DNA of 64,000 nucleotides from a virus: IMG/VR virus record IMGVR_UViG_3300028653_000010; one strand, 5' to 3'. Shown piece by piece: positions 27,652 to 37,582 of this stretch (position 1 is its first letter; each line of letters starts with the position of its first letter). The notes under the pieces were generated by a model. It saw only the letters and a program-made list of their open reading frames with translations, ran no database searches and was not told where the DNA came from. The position numbers and the translations under genes were made by a program.

Positions 27652-29504
27652 TTATAGTACAGGGGCAGGTGGCGGCCCTGCCGTCTGCACAAAATGACAA
27701 ATACGTGCTGACATTCTGCTTGAACCAGCGGCGAGGTTGTTGTTATTGGAACAATCGATATCAATTCCAAACCTAGTAAACGTCGTTGGGGCCCCAAAGT
27801 TATAGAACCAGCTGTTGGGGCTGCTGAAAATCCTAAACCAGTCAGTACCATTAGTTGATACATCAACGGTAGTTACATTCGATGATGCTATATACCCAAC
27901 GCGTAGAAACTTGACTCTTGGTGCTAAGCCCATCGAAACAGCGCCAGCAGCGGAAGCATAACTGGGTATTGTAGAATAATAGTGTGCTGAAATAGCTAGG
28001 GTAGTGCCTTGATTGTACCAGAACCAACTACAACCCTGGCTTACAGCATCATCAGTGTATATCCCAAGTGTACCAAAGGGTTGAATCAGTAAAGTATCTG
28101 AAGAGTCAATGCCGATTTCGATGGTGTACTGACCGCTGCCATCTTTCGCTAAGGGCCCAACAAGCCATGCGTGAAGTACTTGATTCAACTGCTCTGACGT
28201 TGTAAGTCTCCAAAATGGCCCCTCTTGCGTAAGGGTAGTATTTGAAGTTGACGCACCGTAAGCAGTAAGTGCTGAAACTGGGATAGCTGGTGGAACTACA
28301 AGGACCCCACTGCAGAATGGCTGCCAAACTGTTCCATCTGATATGAAAGTACAATCTGGGACATCTGACACAATCTGTTGAGCCCCAACCCCAGCACTAG
28401 CTGCACTTGGTAGTGTGGCATAGGTGTAAGTTCCTGGGAAAGTACCACCACCGCCACCTGATGGTGTAACCCAAGCAGCAACAGTATCAGAGGAAGCGGT
28501 AAGAACTTGACCAGCTGAAGGAGCAGCCGCAGAGGCTACTGAGACTATTGTAGTTGCGGTTCTGATTCCAGAAGCCGTCCTATCATCTGAGAGTCGAGCA
28601 TCACCCCCTGGCAGAACGTTCCTGTAGTCGTTCCGAAAGCTGGCATTGGATGAACATGACCAGCATCTGATGCATGCCCGGTTGACCCTACAACACCAGA
28701 TCCACCAACTACTTCCGATGCAGGGGTTGACCCTGAGATACTGATAAACCTGGTGTCGTTACCTTGGCAGAAGGTTCCTGCAGTTGTTCCAAAGGCGGGC
28801 ATTGGATGAATGTGCCCAGCATCTGATGTATGACCGGTTGACCCTGCAGCCCCAGATCCACCAACTACTTCTGATGCAGGGGTTGATCCTGAGATAGTTA
28901 CCAACCTCGAGTCGTTACCTTGGCAGAACGTTCCTGTAGTCGTTCCAAAGGCGGGCATCGGATGGATGTGGTCGTCTCGAGCAGCAGTTGTCCCAACCCC
29001 GACAGCACCTGCACCACCGACAGCTTCTGATGCAGGAGTTGTTGTAGCTAATGTAACGCCACCCCCAGAATTCTCCCAATCGGCAGTGGTACTAGAGGTA
29101 GCAGTCAGCACTTGTCCAGCAGCAGGGGGCGCAGCTCCTGATATACTGACCGGTATTAGCGCTGAGGTTTGAAGTCCAGTAGCGATCCCACCCCCGGAAG
29201 ATATCCCATCAAGCGTACTTCTTACTTGTTGAAATAGATTGTTAATTGCTACTGCAATGGTGTTGTAGCTTGGGTCGAGTGACGGTATTAGGTGGTTGGT
29301 TGAGAACAACCCGCCGACGATTGACTGAAGGAGCTCAGCTTCAGCGTCAATGTTGCTACTAGTGCTAGGAGAGATAGCATTGTAGATAATTTGAGCAACG
29401 TGCGTGATGTAGGAATTCGGGAAGGATCCTGAGGACCAGTGATCCTGACTGCTAGTGATACCAGTAACAATGGCATCATAGAAGTTTGGGTTGCTGTGGG
29501 GCAT
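27652..29504 (-). CDS. Tail-fibre-like protein split by a frameshift at a G5 tract (28604-28608)
   Basis: Three HxHPMPAFGTT-x-GTFCQG repeats. Adding one G restores QGGDARLSDDRTASGIRTATT and an open frame into 27652-28371. Confidence 0.75.
28470..28512. repeat. 43-nt exact repeat, copy 2
   Basis: Identical to 26787-26829. Confidence 0.9.
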
Positions 29505-29584
29505 AGGTGCGGTTCTCCTTTCCTATGTCCCGGCATAGACAGATACTTCTCCCTCAACTAACCACCCACACCCTTAGACACTCT

Positions 29585-30148
29585 TTAGCACTCTTCTAGG
29601 ACCCCATTGCGCAACCACCCGTGGTATTGACCGGGAAAGTGAATACTTGGGTTAGCAGTAACTCTTGGGACTTCACCAGTACGAGTCCAAGGATTTCCCT
29701 TAGTTCCGTTCCCATTAGATGACGGCCCATCTACAACCCATGGCCCACCAGGAGTAATAACGACTAGACAGTGGTTATCGGGCCCCTTCCAATCGTACCA
29801 ATCTGCGTAATACATAGACCCCACGGGAGCTTTCTGAAGAGTTGTCCTCATGGCTAGGTGATCAGATCTCCAATACAATCTAGTTAGCTGATGCTGCCAT
29901 TGATCCTCAGGTTCGAACTGATACCCGCAAGCACAAGAGGTAGGCCAGCGTGGGTCATCATGATCAATGCCTTCACCTGGCTTACCGTCAAGGTCGGATA
30001 GCTCGAAGGGGACGACGTTTATGTCTACAGAGCAAGTGTGATATCCAGTGATAGGACAAGCACTGGAGTCATTCGAGAGTGAGAACCTCCTTAGGGTTTC
30101 TTGAGCAAAAGCAGCTGGCCTCAGAAAGAAACACTCTATGGTACTCAT
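29585..30148 (-). CDS. Cys/Trp-rich phage protein (DUF6527-like C-terminus)
   Basis: WTRTGEVPRVTANPSI...YHGWLRNG. Confidence 0.6.
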   Translation of the reverse strand: MSTIECFFLRPAAFAQETLRRFSLSNDSSACPITGYHTCSVDINVVPFELSDLDGKPGEGIDHDDPRWPTSCACGYQFEPEDQWQHQLTRLYWRSDHLAMRTTLQKAPVGSMYYADWYDWKGPDNHCLVVITPGGPWVVDGPSSNGNGTKGNPWTRTGEVPRVTANPSIHFPGQYHGWLRNGVLEEC

Positions 30149-30176
30149 GCCCCCAAATGAGATATTGAAAGGTTAG

Positions 30177-30620
30177 TCACTTCCCACTTCGAGCTAGTTG
30201 GTAGCCCCCTTGCCACCCACTTTTCGAGACTAGGACTCCATGCCTGACTTTTGAAAGCAAACACACGCGCAACTGCTTGTAGTAGGTGTCCCACTGACTC
30301 TGTGTGATCTCACCCGACGACACCGCCTCCTCAGCTAGCTGTGTAGCTCGGACCATTGGGTACTCACCGATGATGGACTTATTCACTAGACCCGAGACAG
30401 CGCGGCTCACACGCTCCTCAGCTAACCTTTGGGTTTTCTTCGATGATAACTGTCCTGGGCTTCGTCGTACCTTTCCGACCTCGAAGTCAATTACCAACAG
30501 ATCATGCTTCCGAATCAGTTTCACAGCGGTAATTGCTGCATTCCTCGCTTCTGCTTGATCTGGGTTGCCATCCAGAGCCAGGGAGATTAGATCCTGAACC
30601 TTGTCCAACGGAGACTTCAT
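30177..30620 (-). CDS. Hypothetical protein (DUF2786-like N-terminus, wHTH-like C-terminus)
   Basis: LDKVQDLISLA...EARNA...LIRKH; LVSKSGWQGGYQLAR. Confidence 0.55.
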   Translation of the reverse strand: MKSPLDKVQDLISLALDGNPDQAEARNAAITAVKLIRKHDLLVIDFEVGKVRRSPGQLSSKKTQRLAEERVSRAVSGLVNKSIIGEYPMVRATQLAEEAVSSGEITQSQWDTYYKQLRVCLLSKVRHGVLVSKSGWQGGYQLARSGK

Positions 30621-30786
30621 CCCATCCTCTACCCCACGGTGTATACTTCGGGCAATTGCTTCTACTTTTGAATGCTGGGTTACTTTCTAACACTTGAATA
30701 ATATTGGGATCTTTTGGTGATAGACAAACTACTTGTCGGCCACAACTGGACAAACACTGATTCAGTGAGTATATGGGGCAGCGCGG

Positions 30787-31410
30787 ATGCGAATATCTAG
30801 GTTACTTTTTGATGAATCGGAAACACCAGAAAGCATTGCTCAACGCATAGTTAGGGCTTTTGACCCAGGCGAAACTTTCTGTGTGAGGGGGAGATTCTTT
30901 AGGGTCTCCGGAGGGCGAACTGCCAATGAGACAGTTCGAGAGAACGTGATTGGGGACAAGTACACACTTGTCCTAGATATAGGAGAACCAGAACCTCCTC
31001 AACCGATTACCGTCGTGCCGGGGCCACAAAAACAGGAGCCCGAAGTCGTTGAGGTCGTTGAAGAACTTGCCTCGGATCCATTGCCTTCGGAGCCTCCACG
31101 GCCCCCACCCTCTCAGGTGGTCCAAAGTCAGCCCCCCAAGAAGTCTACTTCCAAAAGCGGAGAGTATCCGATCGTTAGAGAGGATGCAGCCAAGGTCACC
31201 AAGGAAGGCCCACAAAAGTCACTTCCTGTAGCTGGCCAAAGGTGGCAGACCAAGGATCAAAGGCGTCTCAGCAGCCCACCATTCACGGTCATCAACGTGG
31301 ATGCAGAGTTCGTCTACACAGACAAAGGAGGGAAGATCTCGCTCAAGCGCTGGAGAAACTATCGCTTGGTGGAAGGTCCCGAGCTAGTATCTCGGCAGTC
31401 TTCTGGTTGA
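30787..31410 (+). CDS. Hypothetical protein with Pro-rich linker
   Basis: 207-aa ORF. Confidence 0.6.
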   Translation: MRISRLLFDESETPESIAQRIVRAFDPGETFCVRGRFFRVSGGRTANETVRENVIGDKYTLVLDIGEPEPPQPITVVPGPQKQEPEVVEVVEELASDPLPSEPPRPPPSQVVQSQPPKKSTSKSGEYPIVREDAAKVTKEGPQKSLPVAGQRWQTKDQRRLSSPPFTVINVDAEFVYTDKGGKISLKRWRNYRLVEGPELVSRQSSG

Positions 31411-31614
31411 TCTCTTCAGGGAGGCAACTCCACAGAGAGTTGCGATAGGTTCTCCATGACATGGTTTCGGGCTCGAAGTCGTTAGTAAGCTTGTTGTCAA
31501 TCATCTCCCGGTAAGGTTCAAGGAGAAGTTTGATCTCTTTGAACTTCTCCCTTGGCACCGTGAAAAATAAGTCCTCTACCCACTCATCAAAACCACCGTC
31601 ATAATATGAGGACA

Positions 31615-32904
31615 TCACTCACTCTCCAGTTCGAACATTGCATTGAACCCAGCTAGCTTCTCTCGCGCCAGCTCAATACGCTTGAGGACATTGGCCACCC
31701 GACTTTGAATAACAGGCCAAGTCTTAGGGTCCTTCTCGATACCCAGAAACCCGAAGTCTAGCTCTGCAGCCGCAACCAAAGTAGTACCGGATCCCGCGAA
31801 TGGGTCAAGTACTCTCCCGCCTTGGGGAGTTACTAGTTGGACCAGATAAGACATTAACTTCAACGACTTAACAGTCTTGTGTTCATTGACGAGGCCCTCA
31901 TCCAAGTCAGCATTCTTCTCCGAAGGTGACGGCTTCGCTTGGTAGATGAAGTTGGCTTCTGGGTCTGGATCAAATGTCTTGAAGTACCGAGAGTTGCTCC
32001 CATTTCTATCCAAGATACCCACTGGGCAACCCTCAACGCACTCGTAGATCGGTAGCTCCTGGTCTCCGTAGACATAGGCGTTTGGCTTCCCATCACCTGA
32101 GTCTGATCCTGGAGCATAGAAACCCCCTGGACGGGTCCCCTTGCAGTTACCGCGCGGGTCTCCTTTGATGACCTTGGTCCCGATACGCTTGCAATCAGGA
32201 CAGTGGGATAGGATAAGATTAGAGGGCCACCTTCCGAGCGGGTGGCAATTGATTCCGTTCCCCGGCGGAGCTGCAACCTTTACCGCTTCTGGTTTCGAGG
32301 TGTGACCGCTATTCTTCCAAGTATCGGGTCGGTCAGGTTCATCCCAATCAGTGAAAACTCTGGAAGAATCAATATTTAGAGCTCCAGCCCCATACTTTCG
32401 GATGTTGTCGACGACCGTACCTTCGAGTGGTTTACGGACGAGCACCCACTCCTCGACAGCTGGCTTCAATCCTGTGTGGTAGCCCAACCACCTCTCCGCC
32501 AACTCAATGTCCCCTAGAGTCTCGAGCTCCTTGCTGACATCAGTCCCTTTCTTGTACCCTTGGCCAAAGATATGGTACAGGGTGTCCCTAATCTCGAACC
32601 TGCAGCGCTCTAGGGCCATCTTCGTATGATGGCTACTGCGCGGGAGCGCCCAGACCAATCCGAACCCACCAGGCTTGAGGACTCGGTAGACCTCTCGAAA
32701 GGATACAGCTAGGAAGTTCTGGAAGGCCAGCAGCTCAGCGCGCCCCTCTACCCCCTCCTCATCCTCGGTCGGTTTGAAAGTATCCCACTCGAGCCCAAGG
32801 AACTTGATCCCTGAGGGGGGGTCTGTCACCACTGAATCGAAGACGTTGTCAGGTTGGGACTTGAGGACCTCTCTGCAATCCCCTAGTACGATCTGGCTTT
32901 CCAT
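31615..32904 (-). CDS. N4/N6 DNA methyltransferase, paralog of 1974-3311
   Basis: VTDPPSG (variant catalytic motif), HKTVKS, VLDPFAGSGTT. Confidence 0.9.
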   Translation of the reverse strand: MESQIVLGDCREVLKSQPDNVFDSVVTDPPSGIKFLGLEWDTFKPTEDEEGVEGRAELLAFQNFLAVSFREVYRVLKPGGFGLVWALPRSSHHTKMALERCRFEIRDTLYHIFGQGYKKGTDVSKELETLGDIELAERWLGYHTGLKPAVEEWVLVRKPLEGTVVDNIRKYGAGALNIDSSRVFTDWDEPDRPDTWKNSGHTSKPEAVKVAAPPGNGINCHPLGRWPSNLILSHCPDCKRIGTKVIKGDPRGNCKGTRPGGFYAPGSDSGDGKPNAYVYGDQELPIYECVEGCPVGILDRNGSNSRYFKTFDPDPEANFIYQAKPSPSEKNADLDEGLVNEHKTVKSLKLMSYLVQLVTPQGGRVLDPFAGSGTTLVAAAELDFGFLGIEKDPKTWPVIQSRVANVLKRIELAREKLAGFNAMFELESE

Positions 32905-32989
32905 TGAAAACCATTACACCGAGAGAGTCGGCCCACAGGAAAGTCAATTTATCGTTGAGATCAGGTGTGCTGAAGCGTAATACAGTTTC

Positions 32990-33154
32990 GTGGCACTATC
33001 GATAATTCTAGCCGTAGTTGCAGTTGCAGTTGGCCTCGTACTAATTAGCCTCAGACGTAGACGTAGGAGACCTTGGGACACCGACACCAACGACTTCCAC
33101 CTTAGAAGTAGGGGAGTCCGACCTGCAAAGAAGCACTTCTGGTCTAAGTCTTGA
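32990..33154 (+). CDS. 54-aa membrane microprotein with poly-Arg (not in ORF track)
   Basis: MALSIILAVVAVAVGLVLISLRRRRRRPW...; directly behind a TTGAGA-N17-TAATA promoter (32955-32982). Confidence 0.7.
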   Translation: MALSIILAVVAVAVGLVLISLRRRRRRPWDTDTNDFHLRSRGVRPAKKHFWSKS

Positions 33155-33396
33155 GGCAAGGAGGCATTACCCGATCCCACTCAGTGGAGCGGCGGGGTTG
33201 GAAGAGTACCACGCGCCTACCCCTGTCCTTGCTCTCGGTCTTCCAACGAATTGTCTCACAGATTAGGCAGCGGGTAACCTTACCATTCGAGGGCCACACC
33301 ATTCGAGGGCCACCTATGCCTTCGAGGGTACTTCGAGGCTACTGCTATGCCCTCAATGACTCGCTCATACCTGGACCTGATGGGTTTCTGGGTCAA
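33144..33396 (-). pseudogene. 78-aa gene frameshifted by a 16-nt tandem duplication
   Basis: ACCATTCGAGGGCCAC x2 at 33282-33313; removing one copy gives MTQKPIRSRYERVIE...CLICE...PPCLKT. Confidence 0.6.
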
Positions 33397-33775
33397 CGGT
33401 GACACCTGGAGGTGGTGGGATCTTGAACACTGTTACACTGTTAGGTCCTTTGATGGTGACCTTCAGTGCGTCGAAGTGGATCATGATCCACAAGATACTG
33501 TAAGTCGGAAACTTAACCTGGTAGTCCTCTGATACTACATCAGTGACGTCGTAAGTGCAAAGCCACCCACGATCGGTCTTTAGTTTGGCTGCCTTCGGAG
33601 GACTCGAGCGGAACTTACTCATCAGTACTGGATACGGATTCTCGTGTTCCCCTAGGACATTCTTCTTGTATGCAGGCAGCAACAACTCCAGGAAGAACTT
33701 CTTGTCCTCAGTTGGATCGATAGTGATTTGAATATCGCATCCAGGATGTGGTTCTAGGGTAATACGCATGCGCAC
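33365..33775 (-). CDS. Hypothetical protein
   Basis: 136-aa ORF. Confidence 0.6.
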   Translation of the reverse strand: MRMRITLEPHPGCDIQITIDPTEDKKFFLELLLPAYKKNVLGEHENPYPVLMSKFRSSPPKAAKLKTDRGWLCTYDVTDVVSEDYQVKFPTYSILWIMIHFDALKVTIKGPNSVTVFKIPPPPGVTVDPETHQVQV

Positions 33776-33801
33776 TACCCTAGAATAGGTTGAGACCTAG
33801 C

Positions 33802-34629
33802 TCAAGTAGTCTTTACGTCTGCCACATAGATATCGGTTGTTCCAGCGATGAAGTCCTCGTTTCCAATCCAGAAACCGCCGTCACCCCATTTATCAGTCCA
33901 GCTATTAGGACCGTTGAATATTGTAGTACCGTTGGATTGGGTATCGTACCCAGTCACGTAGATGTAGTGCCCACCTAGGATATCATTTGGGTTCGGGGCG
34001 CCAATGGGAGTCTTACCGTCGAAGTCCTCGAAGGCAGTGTCGACTTGAATGGCTATAGCAATTGGGAACCCGTTCGCCAAGGCTGTCTGCATAGCGAGGA
34101 TGCGAGCTGCCCCAGTGTCGTCGATACGGTAGGCTCCCGTTAGGATGACGTCTGAAGCGCTCTCAACGAGACCCAGCCTAGGTTCATTGTTGGCGGTATC
34201 GTCACTTGTAGGCCTATCCTCGTAAGCCGCAAGACCCCACTGAGCCACTCCTGTCCAAGCATCTGAGGGCATAGCTCCTGAGTCTTCCAATGAGGGGAGT
34301 TCGCTGTTAGGTACCCCCACATAGTCCCTCGCGCGCTCGGTACAACGGGCGACGTCATAGATCCAAACAGGAGATCTATGCGAGATTGTAGTCCCAGCAA
34401 TGGTCAGTCGAGTCTCGATTGAACCATCAGTGGCATGGCCGACACAACTTCCTACCCTACCTTGGTCCATGATCCCAGGACCAGCTAGTACCTGGTCTCG
34501 GTAACTGATAGACCTCGGTATCGCAGTTACTTTGAACTTACCTGATAGAATACTGATCCCGGGCATTCCGTGATCTGGACGATCTTTCTTGTAGCCGTAA
34601 CTATGAGGCCCACCAAATGTTCTAGGCAT
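33802..34629 (-). CDS. Papain-like (C1A) cysteine peptidase
   Basis: DQGRVGSCVGHA, GGH, NSWTDKWGDGG. Confidence 0.92.
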   Translation of the reverse strand: MPRTFGGPHSYGYKKDRPDHGMPGISILSGKFKVTAIPRSISYRDQVLAGPGIMDQGRVGSCVGHATDGSIETRLTIAGTTISHRSPVWIYDVARCTERARDYVGVPNSELPSLEDSGAMPSDAWTGVAQWGLAAYEDRPTSDDTANNEPRLGLVESASDVILTGAYRIDDTGAARILAMQTALANGFPIAIAIQVDTAFEDFDGKTPIGAPNPNDILGGHYIYVTGYDTQSNGTTIFNGPNSWTDKWGDGGFWIGNEDFIAGTTDIYVADVKTT

Positions 34630-34646
34630 AACACGCTCCTTAGGGG

Positions 34647-34967
34647 TTACTTACACTCAGCTCCGCAATTGACTGCGGACTTGACTGTTGTTGCTGCCAT
34701 TACACAATCAATCGGTAGCTTGATGAGGTTAGCGATTAGGACCTTCTGACAAGTCTCTAAACACTTTGGGTTAGTACCCTCTGAACACGGAAGACTCTTC
34801 AAGTGATCACAGTAACCATTGCAACTTGAGGTGTCCGGGGTTGGTGCTGGTCCAGCATCAACCTCAACCGGTGGTATTGGGTTAACTGGTGGTGGCTTGT
34901 TGCATCTCCCAGCAGGAAGAAACGCCAAGTAGACTAGAGCGAGAGCGGGGATGAGTGACTTCTTCAT
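34647..34967 (-). CDS. Exported Cys-rich small protein
   Basis: Signal-peptide-like N-terminus, Pro linker, multiple Cys. Confidence 0.65.
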   Translation of the reverse strand: MKKSLIPALALVYLAFLPAGRCNKPPPVNPIPPVEVDAGPAPTPDTSSCNGYCDHLKSLPCSEGTNPKCLETCQKVLIANLIKLPIDCVMAATTVKSAVNCGAECK

Positions 34968-34977
34968 AGTACTCCTA

Positions 34978-35232
34978 TTACACCACGAGGTCTTTAGCTA
35001 GAGTTGGCGTCTCCTCCCAATCCCTAGCTAGCAAGTCTTGGTCGAATGGTGTCCAACGTGTGTAGTTACCAGTCGGTTGGATTAGTACTAAGAAGGTACC
35101 AATCTCAAAGCTGTCCGCTGGTAGTGACTCTCGGTGAGCTGGTAGATCTCGTATCTCGATCCAACAATCCCAGGTACTTCGTTTTATTGCTTTGCCTTCA
35201 TGTAGTAGTCCGAAAGCCACTCCAAAATCCAT
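34978..35232 (-). CDS. DUF2829 / Tad2-like anti-defence nucleotide sponge
   Basis: MDFG-x-A...L..GK-x-I-x-R..W ... W-x-P...DLLA-x-DW. Confidence 0.75.
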   Translation of the reverse strand: MDFGVAFGLLHEGKAIKRSTWDCWIEIRDLPAHRESLPADSFEIGTFLVLIQPTGNYTRWTPFDQDLLARDWEETPTLAKDLVV

Positions 35233-35278
35233 AATAGGTTAAGCGCAAAAGAACCTTAGCTGTAGAGTCCCAACCCCA

Positions 35279-35524
35279 ATGACCAACGATACCAAACCTC
35301 CTAGCTCTAGGAGGTTCACTTCAGAGGAAGCCCCTACTATCAAGCATGTGCAGGCGGCGGATGCTTTAGCTCACTTGTACGAGCTACGAGAAGAGTTGGA
35401 GACAACCATCAGTACCATCGAGTCCATCAAGTACGATTCTCAACTGCGTATGGAGATTGTGAGAGGCCTGAATCAACTCAAGAAGAGAATCCGACAGTTC
35501 GAGAAGTATCTCGGAATTTACTGA
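35279..35524 (+). CDS. Small coiled-coil hypothetical protein
   Basis: 81-aa ORF. Confidence 0.55.
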   Translation: MTNDTKPPSSRRFTSEEAPTIKHVQAADALAHLYELREELETTISTIESIKYDSQLRMEIVRGLNQLKKRIRQFEKYLGIY

Positions 35525-36162
35525 TCCACTTCAAGATTCTTGAGAATGCGCTCATACCGAGTCTCGATGCCATCTCGCGGTCGAGGATCTGGGACCGGGA
35601 GGCTGAAAGACATCCCTAAGAACTTCCTAAAGTGCTGGTAGATCTCGTGGTCGTTGTCTACCTTGTTCCCATGCACGTAGAAGTCACCGTTAGCATCAAT
35701 GCGGATGACCTCTAACCCACCCTGAGCATTAAATATAATGCTACCCTCAGTAAGTCCGTTTTGAACCTCTAGTCTAGTAAGGTGCTCTGGGACTGGACCC
35801 CATTGGGATGACCCACTCTCACTAGCTATAAGAACTTGATCTGGAGGGGTACTTAGGTATGCTAGATCTAAATCAGTCGCGTTGAATGAGAATGGTTCGT
35901 CATAGGGTGTTACACGCAGGCTATTACTTTCAGGTGGTGGGGGTATAACCTGTAGCTCGTGGTTCATTGGGAAAGCACCAACGAACTCATGTGGGCCTGC
36001 AAAATAAAGCATCGGAGTGGAACTAGAAGTATCCTCTGTCAACGAAGGGAGGAACCCGATATCAGAACGTTGATCTGGAGGATCTAGACTAACTATTGGA
36101 TGTCCTACGGAGCAACCAATTGACACATCAGGTATGATCTCTACCTCGATATCATTTGGCAT
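35518..36162 (-). CDS. Hypothetical protein with TRYERILKNL tag
   Basis: 214-aa ORF. Confidence 0.65.
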   Translation of the reverse strand: MPNDIEVEIIPDVSIGCSVGHPIVSLDPPDQRSDIGFLPSLTEDTSSSTPMLYFAGPHEFVGAFPMNHELQVIPPPPESNSLRVTPYDEPFSFNATDLDLAYLSTPPDQVLIASESGSSQWGPVPEHLTRLEVQNGLTEGSIIFNAQGGLEVIRIDANGDFYVHGNKVDNDHEIYQHFRKFLGMSFSLPVPDPRPRDGIETRYERILKNLEVDQ

Positions 36163-36847
36163 TGGCTAACTCCACGTGAGGTTGCTTCGAGAGGTCCCAA
36201 TCGATGGGGTCGAAGCCCTTCTGCATCAGAGCCTTGTTGGCCTGCGAAAAAGGCTTTGAATCAAAGAATCCTTGATGGGCACTAAACGGAGAGGGGTGTG
36301 CTGAGATAATGACCCGGTGCTCGGAGGTATTGATCATTGGGGCGAAGCTCTGAGCATCTCTTCCCCATAAAAGGAACACGATACGGCCCTCTCGCGCCGA
36401 GAGTAACTTGATCACTTTGTTGGTGAGTTTTTCCCAACCCTTACCTCGATGTGATCCTGGCTCCCCATCTCGGACTGTCAATACCGTGTTGAGTAGGAAG
36501 ACACCTTGCTCAGCCCAACTCATCAGGTTGCCATGACTCGCCGGGGCTACCCCCAAGTCGCTCTGAAGCTCCTTGTAGATGTTGACCAGGGACTTAGGCG
36601 GGCGGACTCCAGGAGGGACTGAGAAAGACATCCCATGAGCATGTCCTGGGCTAGGGTATGGGTCTTGACCTAGGATCACCACTCGAACCTTGTCAAAGGG
36701 GGTGACCTCGAAGGCAGTGAACACCTTACCTTTCGGTGGGTATACCTTGTGAGACTCTCGCTCCGCAGCCACAAACGTGAGCAACTCAGCGAAGTAAGGT
36801 TTCGCCATCTCGTCGCTTAGGATGTGGGTCCAAGACTCATGCATCAA
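36152..36847 (-). CDS. ung: Uracil-DNA glycosylase (family 1)
   Basis: VVILGQDPY, GVFLLNTVLTV, FLLWG, HPSPFS. Confidence 0.97.
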   Translation of the reverse strand: MMHESWTHILSDEMAKPYFAELLTFVAAERESHKVYPPKGKVFTAFEVTPFDKVRVVILGQDPYPSPGHAHGMSFSVPPGVRPPKSLVNIYKELQSDLGVAPASHGNLMSWAEQGVFLLNTVLTVRDGEPGSHRGKGWEKLTNKVIKLLSAREGRIVFLLWGRDAQSFAPMINTSEHRVIISAHPSPFSAHQGFFDSKPFSQANKALMQKGFDPIDWDLSKQPHVELANAK

Positions 36848-36853
36848 TAGGCG

Positions 36854-37210
36854 TTACACCAAGAAGCAGGTAGTCAATTGCTTCTCGTACTGTGACTGCT
36901 GAGTGAACCACTCATCTTGAAGAAGCTGATCTGATCCTTCTTCGCAGATCTTAACGTTGAGCCCTTTTTCAAGAATGAACACAATGTCCACCTTGATGAG
37001 GCGCTTACCAATTCGAACTTCAAGGGTCTCCGAGAAGTCACCCATTCGCTTTGGATGCTGACGAAAGCACTGACGTTCGATGAGAGGCTTTCTACCTACA
37101 GAGGTCAGTGACTGGAAGGACTCGTGAAGGAGCTCCCAGGCTGCCTTACAAGTCAGGTAGTCAACACCGGGGGTCGGGGGTGGATGAGTCGGGCAACTAG
37201 GTGGTTCCAC
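36854..37210 (-). CDS. Hypothetical protein
   Basis: 118-aa ORF. Confidence 0.5.
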   Translation of the reverse strand: MEPPSCPTHPPPTPGVDYLTCKAAWELLHESFQSLTSVGRKPLIERQCFRQHPKRMGDFSETLEVRIGKRLIKVDIVFILEKGLNVKICEEGSDQLLQDEWFTQQSQYEKQLTTCFLV

Positions 37211-37228
37211 GTTCTTGTCATGGGAACG

Positions 37229-37582
37229 TTACAAGAAGTTTTTGATCACCCTCTCGTATCGAGTTAGCACCTTGCGTCGGCGAGGTTTCCTCTTCTTCTT
37301 TTCAACCTTGAAGTGCTGGATCGCCTCACCTAGAGTTAGCTTACCGGCTACCGCTTTCTTCCTGAGTTCCTCAATCTTGTCTCTCGTATTGATCATGTTC
37401 AATACCATGACTTCAACTCGATGAGAGTGCTGAGGGCTGGTAATACACCCAAGAAGGTGGTTTAGCTGATTCTCTACGTACATTAGATAGGTAGAATCCA
37501 ACTCCTCCAAGGTAACTTCTCTGCTAGGGTCGGATTTATCAGACATCACCCACTCAACTTGAACGGGTACAGAGTGTTCCAC
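37229..37582 (-). CDS. Hypothetical protein with TRYERVIKNFL tag
   Basis: 117-aa ORF. Confidence 0.6.
   Translation of the reverse strand: MEHSVPVQVEWVMSDKSDPSREVTLEELDSTYLMYVENQLNHLLGCITSPQHSHRVEVMVLNMINTRDKIEELRKKAVAGKLTLGEAIQHFKVEKKKRKPRRRKVLTRYERVIKNFL

Noticed and set aside
26787-28512. Diversity-generating retroelement TR/VR pair
   Set aside because: The copies are identical with no adenine-specific mismatches, and there is no reverse transcriptase in the window.
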